From Cyanophora paradoxa CCMP329 (Eukaryota; Plantae; Glaucophyta): DNA of 64,000 nucleotides. A program made the position numbers and the translations under genes. Location of the stretch: NCBI GenBank assembly GCA_004431415.1, contig QPMI01000262.1, positions 43,823 to 107,822 of the forward strand, written 5' to 3'. Under the pieces are notes generated by a model. It was given only the letters and a program-made list of their open reading frames with translations. It was not told the DNA's origin and did not search any database. The stretch's first letter is position 1; each line of letters begins with the position of its first letter. Shown piece by piece: positions 22,496-33,082 of the stretch.

Positions 22496-23335
22496 TTGGA
22501 AACGGGGTAGGGCCCCCGTTTTCGGTTACTTACAAAATGACGAGTCTGCTCATCTCCCGATCCAGCTCCGAGCTCTTAATATAACCACGTGTTAGTGCAT
22601 GCATGAGAGCCCGGAATTTGTTGTCAGAACCCGGAAAGAGCGGAATGCTGCGCGGAAAAAAGGACCGGACCCTTTCCTGGACTATCCCTTGCAGCGCCTG
22701 ATCCTGTGGTCGTATAGAGGCCGGACCAAGTGCATAAGAAAGCTCTTGCGATGCTCGACAGAGCATGTCATACATGCCAGCGCTCGGGAAGCAGCGCGTG
22801 GCGCGCTAGGCCGCATCAAGTACCTGTTGTACCGAACGCGGAAAAAAAGAGCTCCTGCGAGTTTGGCGCCGATTGCTGGGTACAAGCGCACAATTTAGCC
22901 GTCAACCTAGCCGACAGGCTCGCTAGCTGGCCAGCGTAGCTAGCTATAGCTGAGCTCCGGCTAGCGGCTCCGACCAGCGCGCTAGCAGTGCTGCCAGTGC
23001 AGGCGCTATAGCTAGGCGCCGGCAGTGCGGGCGCGGCGCCGCGCCGGCCGGCGGCAGTTGGCAGGCGCGGCGCCGGCATGCGCATGCATACGTATACTAC
23101 TAGTATAGCGCTATAGCTAGCTATGATTTGCGCATGCGCAGCGCTATACTATGATAGCTAGCTGCAGGCTGCAGCTGCACTGCGGCGCGGCAGGCGCGGG
23201 GCCGCGCCGGCACTGCCCAGCAGTGCGCGCGCGCGCGCATGCGCAGGCGCGGGCCCGCGCCGCACGTGCCCGCCCCGTGCGCCGGCGCGCCGCCGCTGGC
23301 CGCGGCGCGGTCCTCACACTCTACCCCGTTTCCAA
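22496..23335. mobile_element. Candidate non-autonomous TIR DNA element (840 bp)
   Basis: Perfect 15-bp inverted repeat: TTGGAAACGGGGTAG (22496-22510) and CTACCCCGTTTCCAA (23321-23335). No clear TSD and no recognisable transposase. Confidence 0.45.
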
Positions 23336-23949
23336 CCGGCGGCCGGCCCAGTCAGAGCCCGAGCAGAGGCCGCCGGCGTGCTATATATATAGCTCACTAT
23401 ATATAGCTAGATAGGCTGATCGATGATCGCGATCGCGATGTGTCTGCGATGGTGTCTGCAATGATATCGATCGTGATGTGTCTGTGATGGAGCGCACGGT
23501 GCACCATCCAACGAGCTCCGACGTCGACGTTTGTAGGCTTAGGCCTAGCCTAGTAGGGTAGGCAGATAGCATTAGCTGTTTGTCAACTTGGGGCATCAGT
23601 CCCCTAATATATACACTAGGGATTATAATTACCAAACAAAAAACGCGCATCGAGCTGGGAGGCACGGTGGGAGCTCCGGGATCCGATGCGCATCCAAACA
23701 TCTCAATCGTAGATGTAGTTGATGCGCATGCCCGATCGCGACATGCTCAAAGACGCCCCCACCACGCGCAAGAAGCTATAGAGAAGCGACTGTGCATGTG
23801 ATCGCGAAAGACGGGTACAGCAAGCGATTGTTAGTAACAAGCGTCGAATTCAAGCTCAAGCTCATGCTTGTTGGCTTAGAGTCAAGCTTGGTCAGCATAT
23901 TTAGGCCATGCATTTGTCAAAGGCCACACATATGTCAAATTAAAGGCCA

Positions 23950-26900
23950 CAAATTGCACGTAATTTCAGATTGAAACAGCGCAATGAAGGAGACAGATTG
24001 ATTGACACAGTACGCTTAGAACTTGAAAAGATAGTGAGCAGAAGATGCGAAATTGGAAAGCGAGGCCTTGAGCTCCGCAAGACTGGCTTCAAGCTTCTCC
24101 TGGCCAGCCTTAAGATTCTGGAGCTCTTCTTTGCTCTGCTCCTGGAAAGCTTCCAGATTGCGAGGCAAGTTCTCCACAGTGAGCGCCAGCTATGCGTGTG
24201 TCAGCTTTGAGAAGGGGAATTCTCGAGAGTTCCAAGAGTTCTGCACCTTCAGCGGACCAGGTGGCAGAGGATCAGGTCTTTCTGTCGCTTTGTTGTATGC
24301 AAGGGGGTACTTCAACACGAGGAAATCCGGATCCGGTTCATCATGATCAGTGGAATTTGAAGGATTTGCAAGCCGGGCTTTGCGATGGAATTCAATGGCC
24401 TTCAGCCAGGAAGTGAGGGCCTTCAGCTGCGCAGTACTCTGCTTCTCCTTTTTCTTGTCCGGGGCAGATCGGGAGAGGTACGAGATTCCAAGGGCGAAAA
24501 GCAAGAACGGAAGAAAAACAACGGCCGAGATCACATTGACAAATGCTTGAGCGAGACGTGGTGTTGGACTCAAAAGAAGCCAAATCAGGTTCAGTGGAGC
24601 AACCAGGCGGCGGTCCATTCGATGATACCGCAGAATGATCTGAAGGAGCAAATGTCTGCACAGGGCTTGAATGAAGCAGCAAACTAAAGGCACACCTTTG
24701 CGCGCCCAAATGCATGCACATGCTTTGAGTTTGTAAAGATGTCTGTGAAGGTGAAACTGGCAGCTCAATCAGCATAATCAGCTCAATCAGCTCAATCAGT
24801 GAGTACGGACCTGAACAGACCAGTGAGTACGTTTAGGAGCAGGATGACCTGCGCTAAAAATTAATATATTGAGGTAGAACCATTTGCTGTGTTCACCGTC
24901 ATGATCTGGTAGATCGAGAAAAATGCTGGACCTGGTAAATTGATTTGTTATGTCACAACAGAGAAAATCAACAGAGAAAGGGAACCAATGGACCAACGAA
25001 AGGGACGTGTGTACGCATTAGATCATAGTCACTCTCTCCTAGAATAGCATAGTAAAGCGAGCCACTGTGTGAGAGCAGGTTAGAGTCAAGTGAGCCACTG
25101 TTTGAGATGGGTGCGACAAGAACTAACGCACGCAGTCTCAAGCAAAGTAATTGGCGTTGGCATGTCGGAGTTTTCAACATTGGAATGGTCCACAAATGAG
25201 GTGGACCAACCCCAGACTGCAAACATAAAAGACACGAAGACGACAACAAATACAATGAGGACTGAGAAAACGTTTTGGACCATCTAATTGAAGATTAGAA
25301 AAAAAGGCATAAAAGGGACCAGCATTTTTTGGAAGCGCACGCGGCCAAAGACAACCAGCATAGGGCCTGAATTGTGTTTAAGAAAAGGTGAGAGCAAACG
25401 TTTGAGCTCCAAACAGCAGGAACACACCAAACATAGGATTGACATATCCGAATTCGAGAAGTCGGAGAGAAGCTGGAATAAAAACTGTGTTCAAAGCTGT
25501 CAGTTATTATAAGGTGCAGCTTCTGCAATAACCACACCAAGGGCGAGAATGGGGATAACTGTATCTGCAACATGCCTCCAGGATGAGACTACCTGCACGT
25601 GGGCAGTGGTCACGACACAAAGAAAAGAAAACTGAAAGTTTGATGAAGACCTCTGCAACGATTCCCAGGATGGCAAGAAGCGGAGTAGAAAGGAAAAGGG
25701 CGAGGTCGAAGAGATTGAAGATGTCACTGAAGTAATCGTGGATGCCTTCCTCCCGTGCCTAGTGAAGAGCGAGATGAGATGTGCCTGGAAGATTTACAGG
25801 TATAAAATACACCTGGGAGAATTCTCTTAAAAGCATGCAAAAAGCCTGAATTGCAAGGAGGGCAAGAACAAGAAGCCGTGCACTCGACTTGCCATGCTCC
25901 CCATGGCCAGCTAGATCTAAATTCGAGACAGCTGCTTGCAATCAAAAAAGCGATTAGGAACTTTGAGGGGACTGGGAATACCACCAAGGGCAATGAGTAA
26001 GAGGAAAATAATATATGTCGTCAAATCAGCCGCGAACTTGCCCTTCCAGCTGTTCAGAGGGTGTCCAGGCATCTCCCACCACAGCTTTCCCACATTATTA
26101 TCATGCGGTTCGAGTGCTGTATCTTGCTCCTTGTCATTGACGTTGTTCAAACTCTTGTCTGTCAACATCTTGTCATCTGAACAAGAAGAGAACACCTTCT
26201 GAACAAGCGACACGAGCACACTGGGAAGCAGTGAAACAGCCTACAGGACAATTAAACAGGAAGAAGCTTCAAGTGGCAAATTTAAATGCATACCTGCATC
26301 TCGGATGCACTCTCAGATATGCGTTGTATGTAGCGGTGGACGAAAGGATGGCCCTGTGCATCAGTTGTTTTGGGTTGGGCCCGGTTTGGGTGACATTCGG
26401 GTACCATAAAGGAGTAGAGATTCAGCTCAATAGCAATATCGAGAGGGCTTCCAATGCCAGGTAGGCGATGCTCAAGAATCTAAGAGATAGGCCTTCAGGA
26501 TGATTACTGCAAGATACAGTAGAACGATTACGCACATCAACAGAGTCGAATAAGGGACCCTCCTGGTCTAAAGCTTTCGAAAAGGCCGGCTCCTGTTCGA
26601 TTTTCTTCATTTGCCTTTCATACACCTGTTATGCCAACTCAGATCAGATGAAATCGAAGGCTCAGATCAACTCAGATCAACCAAATGAAATCGAAGGCTG
26701 ATCCAGATTCAGCCCACCTGTTCAGCATGCCAGGTATCAAGAACATCATTTTTGGTTAACTCTGTGCACTTGTGCAAGCGGTCTGGCAGTTTCTTCTCAT
26801 CCGCCTCAATCCTGCGACATGATTCCATTATTGAGATCTGCAACAAGATCGCATGGCAGGTGGTTTGCACGAGAGAGACCGCATAGCCCCCACCCAAGGG

Positions 26901-28163
26901 GCCATGCGACCTTCTCCTTCGAGCAACAGTGCTCGACGCTGAAGCCGGTCCACAAAAAGCTGTCCCATTGCGTCCAGCAGCTGAGGTCGGGATGTCGTCC
27001 AACAGCTCAGAACCAGTGAGTGATGTATTTACCTGATTGGCGGTCTCGATAGCTTCATCTCGATGTTCAAGAATAAGAGATGCCTGATCTGGATTCACCT
27101 TGGCTGATTCCTGCATGGCATCCATGAAATTTAAAGGTGTCACCATGCAAACAAAAAGGCAAAGCAGACGGACCTCAAGAAGGCGAGCAAGGTGCAGGGC
27201 GCAGTGAAGTTTGAAGGAGGGAAACTTCGAGACCACAAGTGCAGGCCGACATTCAGGCCCAACTGCATCAACAATGCGACCACAAATGGCGGCAAGCCGA
27301 CTTGGCGAGAAGAGAACATGCGGGCATTCGAGGAAAGGGTCCAAGAGGGCGCTTTGCTGCCAGCTGAGGGCATGTTCAAAGGCAGTTCCGCCATCTTTGT
27401 CCTTTAAATCCCATGCAGCACCCTTCTCCAGCAGGAGCTTTGCTGCATCTGGCTCCCCTGCCCAACAGGCTTGAAAGAAAGCAGTTCGACCAGAACCATC
27501 CAGCGCCTCCAGATCCACTCCTCGTTCAAGAGCCTCCCTGCACTCTCCCTTCATCGATAGCCAGGACAGGTCGGCATGTACAAGTTGCACACCGCATAAC
27601 CGAGACCTGACCATAACAGGCGCTCAAATGTAGTATAGTGCCGTTCGCAATGTTGGTGCTGAGGTATCCAGCACGTGCATCGATCGGGCACCCGAGCTCG
27701 AGTAGATGCCTGCTTTTTGAAGTTCAATTTGCCAAGCAGGTTGAATGCAGGTTACATCAGAAACACAGCACCAGAAGATCTGTGATCCGGAGCAGGCAGC
27801 TGCATGGATGGGCAGCTGGCCGCGGTCATCCATCTGCATGGGGTCTGCCCCGCGCTGAAGCAGCAGCCGCGCAATGGCATCGTGGCCTTTGAAGCACGCT
27901 CTAAAGAGCGGCGCTTGACCGAAAGGAGCACCGTCAACTTTAGCATTCACAGGCTGTCCCTGGTCGAGCATTTTCCTAATCGCTGCATTCGCTTGTGCGA
28001 AAAAAAGAGCTAATCATGAAGAGCACCGGACAGCGTTGATGTCTCCTTTATTGAGAGCATCGAACAAGCTCGCGGTCGAGTTCGCGGCGCCGGCTGGGGC
28101 GCCGGCCACAGATGCTGGATTTGGAGCTGCCGAAAGAAGGGGCACACGGTCTTCGTTGGCCAT
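23950..28163 (-). CDS. Ankyrin-repeat transient receptor potential (TRP)-like cation channel
   Basis: MANEDRVPLL... then ankyrin repeats (GQAPLFRACFKGHDAIARLLLQRGADP; GRTAFFQACWAGEPDAAKLLLEKGA). TM region: DYFSDIFNLFDL (S2-S3), LLRLLEF...FG|PMLVVFGR|MVQNVFSVLIVFVVVFVSF (S4-S5), SLYYAILGE (pore helix), VILLLNVL (S6), then a C-terminal coiled coil. 3' end is approximate. Confidence 0.82.
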
Positions 28164-29024
28164 GAGCGAAGGCCCCTCTGATCAGCGTCAGTTCCGATCG
28201 AAAGCGTGCGCAGTTCCGATCGAAAGCGAGCGCACCGGTCTCGTACGCCGGAACGAAGGTGACGACGGGAGCACCTGCGCAAGGCATACAGCCGCTCAAT
28301 CGGCTGGTGAAAGGCACCGTCCGGTGAATGCGACGCACCTGGACGTGCGGATGACGAACCAGCCCGGACGAAGGAGTACTGGCCCGGTCGAACCAGGAAT
28401 CGGGCCAGGCCGCCAGAATGCCCATGATTCCTCGACATGGAGGGCAAGCTGCTGTACAGCCAGGAACTGTACTCAGGGTTCTGTTTGCCTTGAGTCTGCC
28501 TACCCCTTGAGTGATCGAGGGGTAGGGGCAAACACAGCTCGACTCACTGCGGCTAACGTTAACGGCAGCGCTCTCCTCCAAGAGGCGGCAGCGCCGGCGT
28601 GGCGCCGTCGATTAGAGGCATGAGCGACAGCGCTGCGGGCGCCAACAGGACGCACGCGCGTCGTAGACATGCGGTGCGCTCGACGGGCGGTGGCCTCCGG
28701 TCCTCCGCGCGGTGCAAGCTGTCAACACTTCGACGCGCAGCGCCATTGGACGGACGAAGAGGCTGTGGCTGCATTCGAGAGGACGTCTAATTTCTTGAGG
28801 AAACGAAGCTTTAGCGAAGGTAATTGAGAAGCTTTTGATCGAAAAAGCGCCAAACTTGGCTGATACTCTCCGCAGTCAATGTTCGGCGACATCCCCGCAG
28901 ACCGCTATCCCCGTCCAGCGAGCCCCATCGAGCTCAGAAAGCCGTGACCATCCGCAACGGGCGGCAGCGGAGGCCCGTCCCGGTCCTGCGCCAGCCCCAG
29001 CGCCGCCCTCGCAGCCAATCTGAT

Positions 29025-30236
29025 GTCACCTACGCCAACCTCATGTCCAGCTACCCCTCGGCCCGCCCCTCCCTCGCCCAGCTTCTCGACCTCATCCCCC
29101 CCATCAAGCCCCGCTACTACTCGATTGCGTCGTCCCCGCACGTCGTGCCGGGCGAGCTCGAGCTCTCCGTCGTCATCGTCGACTGGGAGAAGCCGGATAA
29201 GAGCTTCGGCTACGGGACCTGCACGGGCTACCTTCCGCCAGCTCGTCGACGGGCCCCACTGGGGTCCGCCGGCCCCGGCCCCGGCCCCGCCCTGGGCCGC
29301 CCTTGCCTGACGCGGCGCCGCAGTGCCGGTGGCGCTCAAGCCCGGCGTCGGCATCTGCATGCCCCCGCACCCCAGCACGCCCATCGTCATGGCCGGCCTC
29401 GGCACCGGCCTCGCCCCCATGCGCGGTGCGCCCGCCGCCGCGGCCTCCCCCTCGCCTGGCGCCGCGGGGGGCGAGCGGGGCGTGCTCGGTGGCGCAGCGA
29501 TGGTGCAGGAGCGGTGGTGGCAGGTGGTGCACGGCAAGCGCGTCGGGCCCTCAGTCCTCTTCTTCGGATGCCGCCACTCCAAGGCCCGCCCCGCCCCGCA
29601 CCGCGGCCCCGCCCCCCTGAGGCCCCGCCCCGCAGGGCGACTACCTCTACTCCTCCAAGTGGTGCGCCCTCCGGCCCCGCGGGGCAGGGCGCCGGCGGCT
29701 GACGCGCGGGGCAGGGACGAGTACGTGCAGCAGGGCGCCCTCTACCACCTCCGCGTCGCCTTCTCCCGCGACGGGCCCAAGAAGGCCCGCCCGCACGCCG
29801 CCTCCTCGCCGGCCCCGCTGCCCGCCTCGGGCCCCGCCCCTCACCCTCCCCCGCCCGCGCAGGTGTACATCCAGGACAAGATCGCGGCGGAGCCGGAGCT
29901 GCTGTACGACTGCTTCGTGAAGAGCGGGGGCTACTTCTTCTTCTGCGGGCCCGCGGGGCGCGTGCCGCAGGACATCCGCGCCGCCATCGAGACCGCCATG
30001 TCCGAGGCGAGCCGCGCCCCGCGGGGCGCGCGCGGCGCCTCGCTGGGCTGACCCCGGGGCCCGGGGCGGGGCGGGCGGGCAGGCGGGCAAGGAGGAGGGC
30101 TTCACCAAGGAGATGGCCTCCCAGTACATCGACAAGATGCGCCTCCAGGTGCGCCCCGCGCCCCGCAGCCCCCGCGGCACCCCGCCGAGGGCCCCGTCCC
30201 CCGCAGGGCCGCTACATCATCGAGGCCTGGTCGTAG
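29025..30236 (+). pseudogene. 5'-truncated, frameshifted duplicate of the hydrogenase-fusion 3' end (FNR/NADPH-binding exons)
   Basis: Colinear with 16893-18122, including introns and stop codon. A +1 T (TACCTTCCG vs TACCTCCG, about 29233) shifts the frame. No upstream exons or start. Confidence 0.85.
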
Positions 30237-30930
30237 GCCGGCCCCGGCCCCGGCACCGCGGCCGCCAGGCCGCCGCTCGCTCCTTCGGGCAGCGGGCAGC
30301 GAGACGACGGGACTCTCGGGGGCAGATAGGGTGGGCAGGCTGTGGGTTTCATCATTTAGGCTCCAGGCATCGACACACAGCGGGTCCCTCGCGGATTCTC
30401 CAAGCCCGGCGGCCTTGGAGGCTTTCTCTTCTGGCAGCTGCCCGTTAACGGTCGGCCTGCTTACACTCTCTATCTCTTTCGTATTGGGTTGGGGTTGGAA
30501 CAGTGCTGTCTATTTCGGCGACTCAGCTAGCGCGCTCTGCTCGATCACATGATCAGATCCAATGATTCGTACTACCTGATTCACTTAGGACGGTTGATTT
30601 TCTCTCGAGTTCACGCTCAGCTCCAGTCTTAGGTTAGCCTAGTTGCGGCCCACGGTGAGATTAGAGGATTCAAGGGCTTGCCTGTTGTGAACATGAAGCC
30701 TTGAAGCCTTGAAGACCGGCCGCCGATGCAGGGTCTCTAAGGTTCCAGGCCTAGGCTTTTCCTTTCCGAATTCGGGACGCATAAATCCATTCGAATTAAT
30801 TTTTGTTTACTAGTTCTAAAGAATCGATGTATACGTACATGTGAAGATAGATATATCGCCGAGTACGAGTCAGCCTGCAGTCATGGATTTGAACCTTCAA
30901 GCTTAGTGTGAAGTTGACAGTGTAACGTGG
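29025..30930 (+). repeat. Direct segmental duplication, copy B (copy A about 16893-18440)
   Basis: Shared exons, introns and 3' flank blocks (AACGGTCGGCCT..CTCT.TATCTCTTTC; TTTTGTTTACTAG; TCGCCGAGT; CTTAGTGTGA). Confidence 0.9.
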
Positions 30931-31542
30931 CCTGAAGCTCATGGCCTAGCGGTTTGTACATATTCAGTGCATCGAGTCGGCGTATTTATATTCAATTTGC
31001 AAGCTTGCAATTGCCCGAAACCTGGAATTCGAACCTTTGAACTTCGGAACCTACTACTGGCTAGGTCTTGGCCAAGCTTTACTAAGTTAAGACCCGGTGA
31101 CCGTCGGACCCAGGCGGGGCCCCCGGGCCCCGGGCCCAGGCCTTGGCCGCAGGGACGTCGACCGTCGGACAGCTCGCGACTGCCGGACCGAACGGGTCGG
31201 ACCGTCGGACCGCCCGACGGTCGTAATTTAATGCTTTGCCATGTTGTGTACACGTGAATTCGAAGGACCGGGATATCGATAGTGCGGATAACGGCGGAAT
31301 GGGGGTACCTCGGTAGCTATAGGAGGGCCGGGGCTACTAGCTATAGCTATAGGCCACGCATGGCACGGGGCCGCGGGGCCTGGGCGGGCGGGGAGCAGCC
31401 CCGCAGGCAGACTCTGGGAGGGGCCCCGGGGCCCGAGCTCGAAGGCCGTCGCGAGCGGTCTGGTCTGGAGGATGGGGAGACGGCGATGGCCCTGATCATG
31501 AGGGGGAGGCGCCGGCCGCGGGTGCCGGCGCTGCGGCTGTGC

Positions 31543-32833
31543 TCAGTGGTGATACGGCTCGCCGCGCAGGATCGTCCACGCTGCGCCCTGCGGTGAGCTC
31601 GAGGCCCGACGCGCGCCCAGGCTCGGGCCACGGCGGGCGTGGGGGGGCTGAGGGGGCGGCACCGCGGTAGATCTGTTCTAGCAGGAGGATGCGGGCCACC
31701 TGCGCAGTCGCACGCGCGCGGACCGGCGGGTCGGCCCGGCCCGGGGCAGCGGGGGCGGGCGGGGCGGGGCGGGCTCGCCTGGTGGTTGAGGACGCAGGCG
31801 GAGAGGGAGACGACGCGGTCCGCCGCCTCCCGCACCCGCCCCCCGTGCCCGAACGGGCCCCCTGCCCCGCCCCGCCCCGCCTCGAGCCCGCCCCCTTGCG
31901 TCGCCCGGCGGCCGGCGGCCGGGCGGGGCGCACCGATGCTAAAGGTGACGCCCTCGTAGCCGTTCTCAGCGGCCTCGCGCAGGATCTGCCGCAGCGCGTG
32001 GGCCCCCGGGCGGGGGGCGGGGGGCGGCGGCGGGGCGGGCGTCGGCGAGGCCCTCGGAGGAGAGCGCGCGGCCGCGCTCGTCCAGCGCCACCAGAAAGTC
32101 CTGCCCGCCCCCGCCCCCGCCCCGCGTCGGGCCCGCCCGACCCGCCGCTTCCCTCGACGTCCACCCCCGCACCTTCCCTGGGGTCACTGCCCCGCGCGCC
32201 CGCCCGGCGGGGTGAGAGGGGGCGGCGGAGGGGGCAGAGGAGGGCGGGGCGGGGGGGCACCGAGCTTGAGGACGCGGTCGGCGTCCTCGGCCTGGGCCTT
32301 GGCGAGCTCCTTGCCGGCCGTCACCGCCGCCGGCTTCAGCAGCACCTCCTCGAACGCCGTGTAGTGCCCGATGCGCCCGCCCCAGTGCCCCGCCGCCGCC
32401 TCCGACCACGCCTCCTTCTTCCCGAAGAGCACCACGCGGCACCGCACGCGCCGGATGTCGCTCTGCCCGGGCACCGAGAGCCGCTTCGCGCACTCGACGC
32501 CCCCGCCGGCCCCCGCCGGGCCGCTGCCGGGCCCCTCCCGCCCTGCGATCTGCGCGTACGTCGTCAGAAAAGCCCGCATTACGAGAAAGAATGCAGCGCG
32601 CGTCATACCGGTGCTAGAGAGCGCGTGCTGGGCAGCGATCGCCCCATCCACGCGTACGAGGTCCCGAGCCAGGCGGTTCGGCGGCGCCTGCTCGAAGCTG
32701 GCGCCGGCGGGTCTCTCAGCCTGCAGCTAGCCGGCGCCGTGCTGCACGCGCTCGGCGTCCAGGTCGATATCGGCTGCCCGACTCGCAGCTGCGCTGGTAC
32801 GGGCGGCACGAAGGTACTGCGGCCTTGTTGCAT
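31543..32833 (-). CDS. rlmH: RlmH-family SPOUT rRNA methyltransferase (23S pseudouridine1915 N3-MTase-like), probably organellar
   Basis: VALDERGRALSSEGLA, VTFSI|GGPFGH, VSLS..VLNHQ|VARILLLEQIYR|AWTILRGEPYHH*. Has an N-terminal extension. Start is uncertain. Confidence 0.88.
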
Positions 32834-33082
32834 GCGCGTTGAACGTGTGCTTCGAGGCTCGAGCCTGCAATTGCTGATTGCAGTCGGGTTGCAGACAGCT
32901 GGGGGTAGAGCGCACTTCGTTCGCGTTAAAAGTCAGCTGCAGATTGCGCAGCGCGGCCTCGCGTGCTTCCTGAAAGGTGCGCAGATGAGAGCTAGCACCT
33001 CCCCCAGATCGCCCGATTGTAACCCGCGGCTCAGCGCGCCCAACCGCAGCTGCGCGCGCGGGTGCGATCAGCCGCAGTAAGT

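Noticed and set aside
28835-29702. New chimeric gene formed by ORF 28944-29702 reading into the duplicated reductase exons
   Set aside because: It has a GTG start, no convincing upstream exon, and a frameshift shortly downstream. Treated as a pseudogene.
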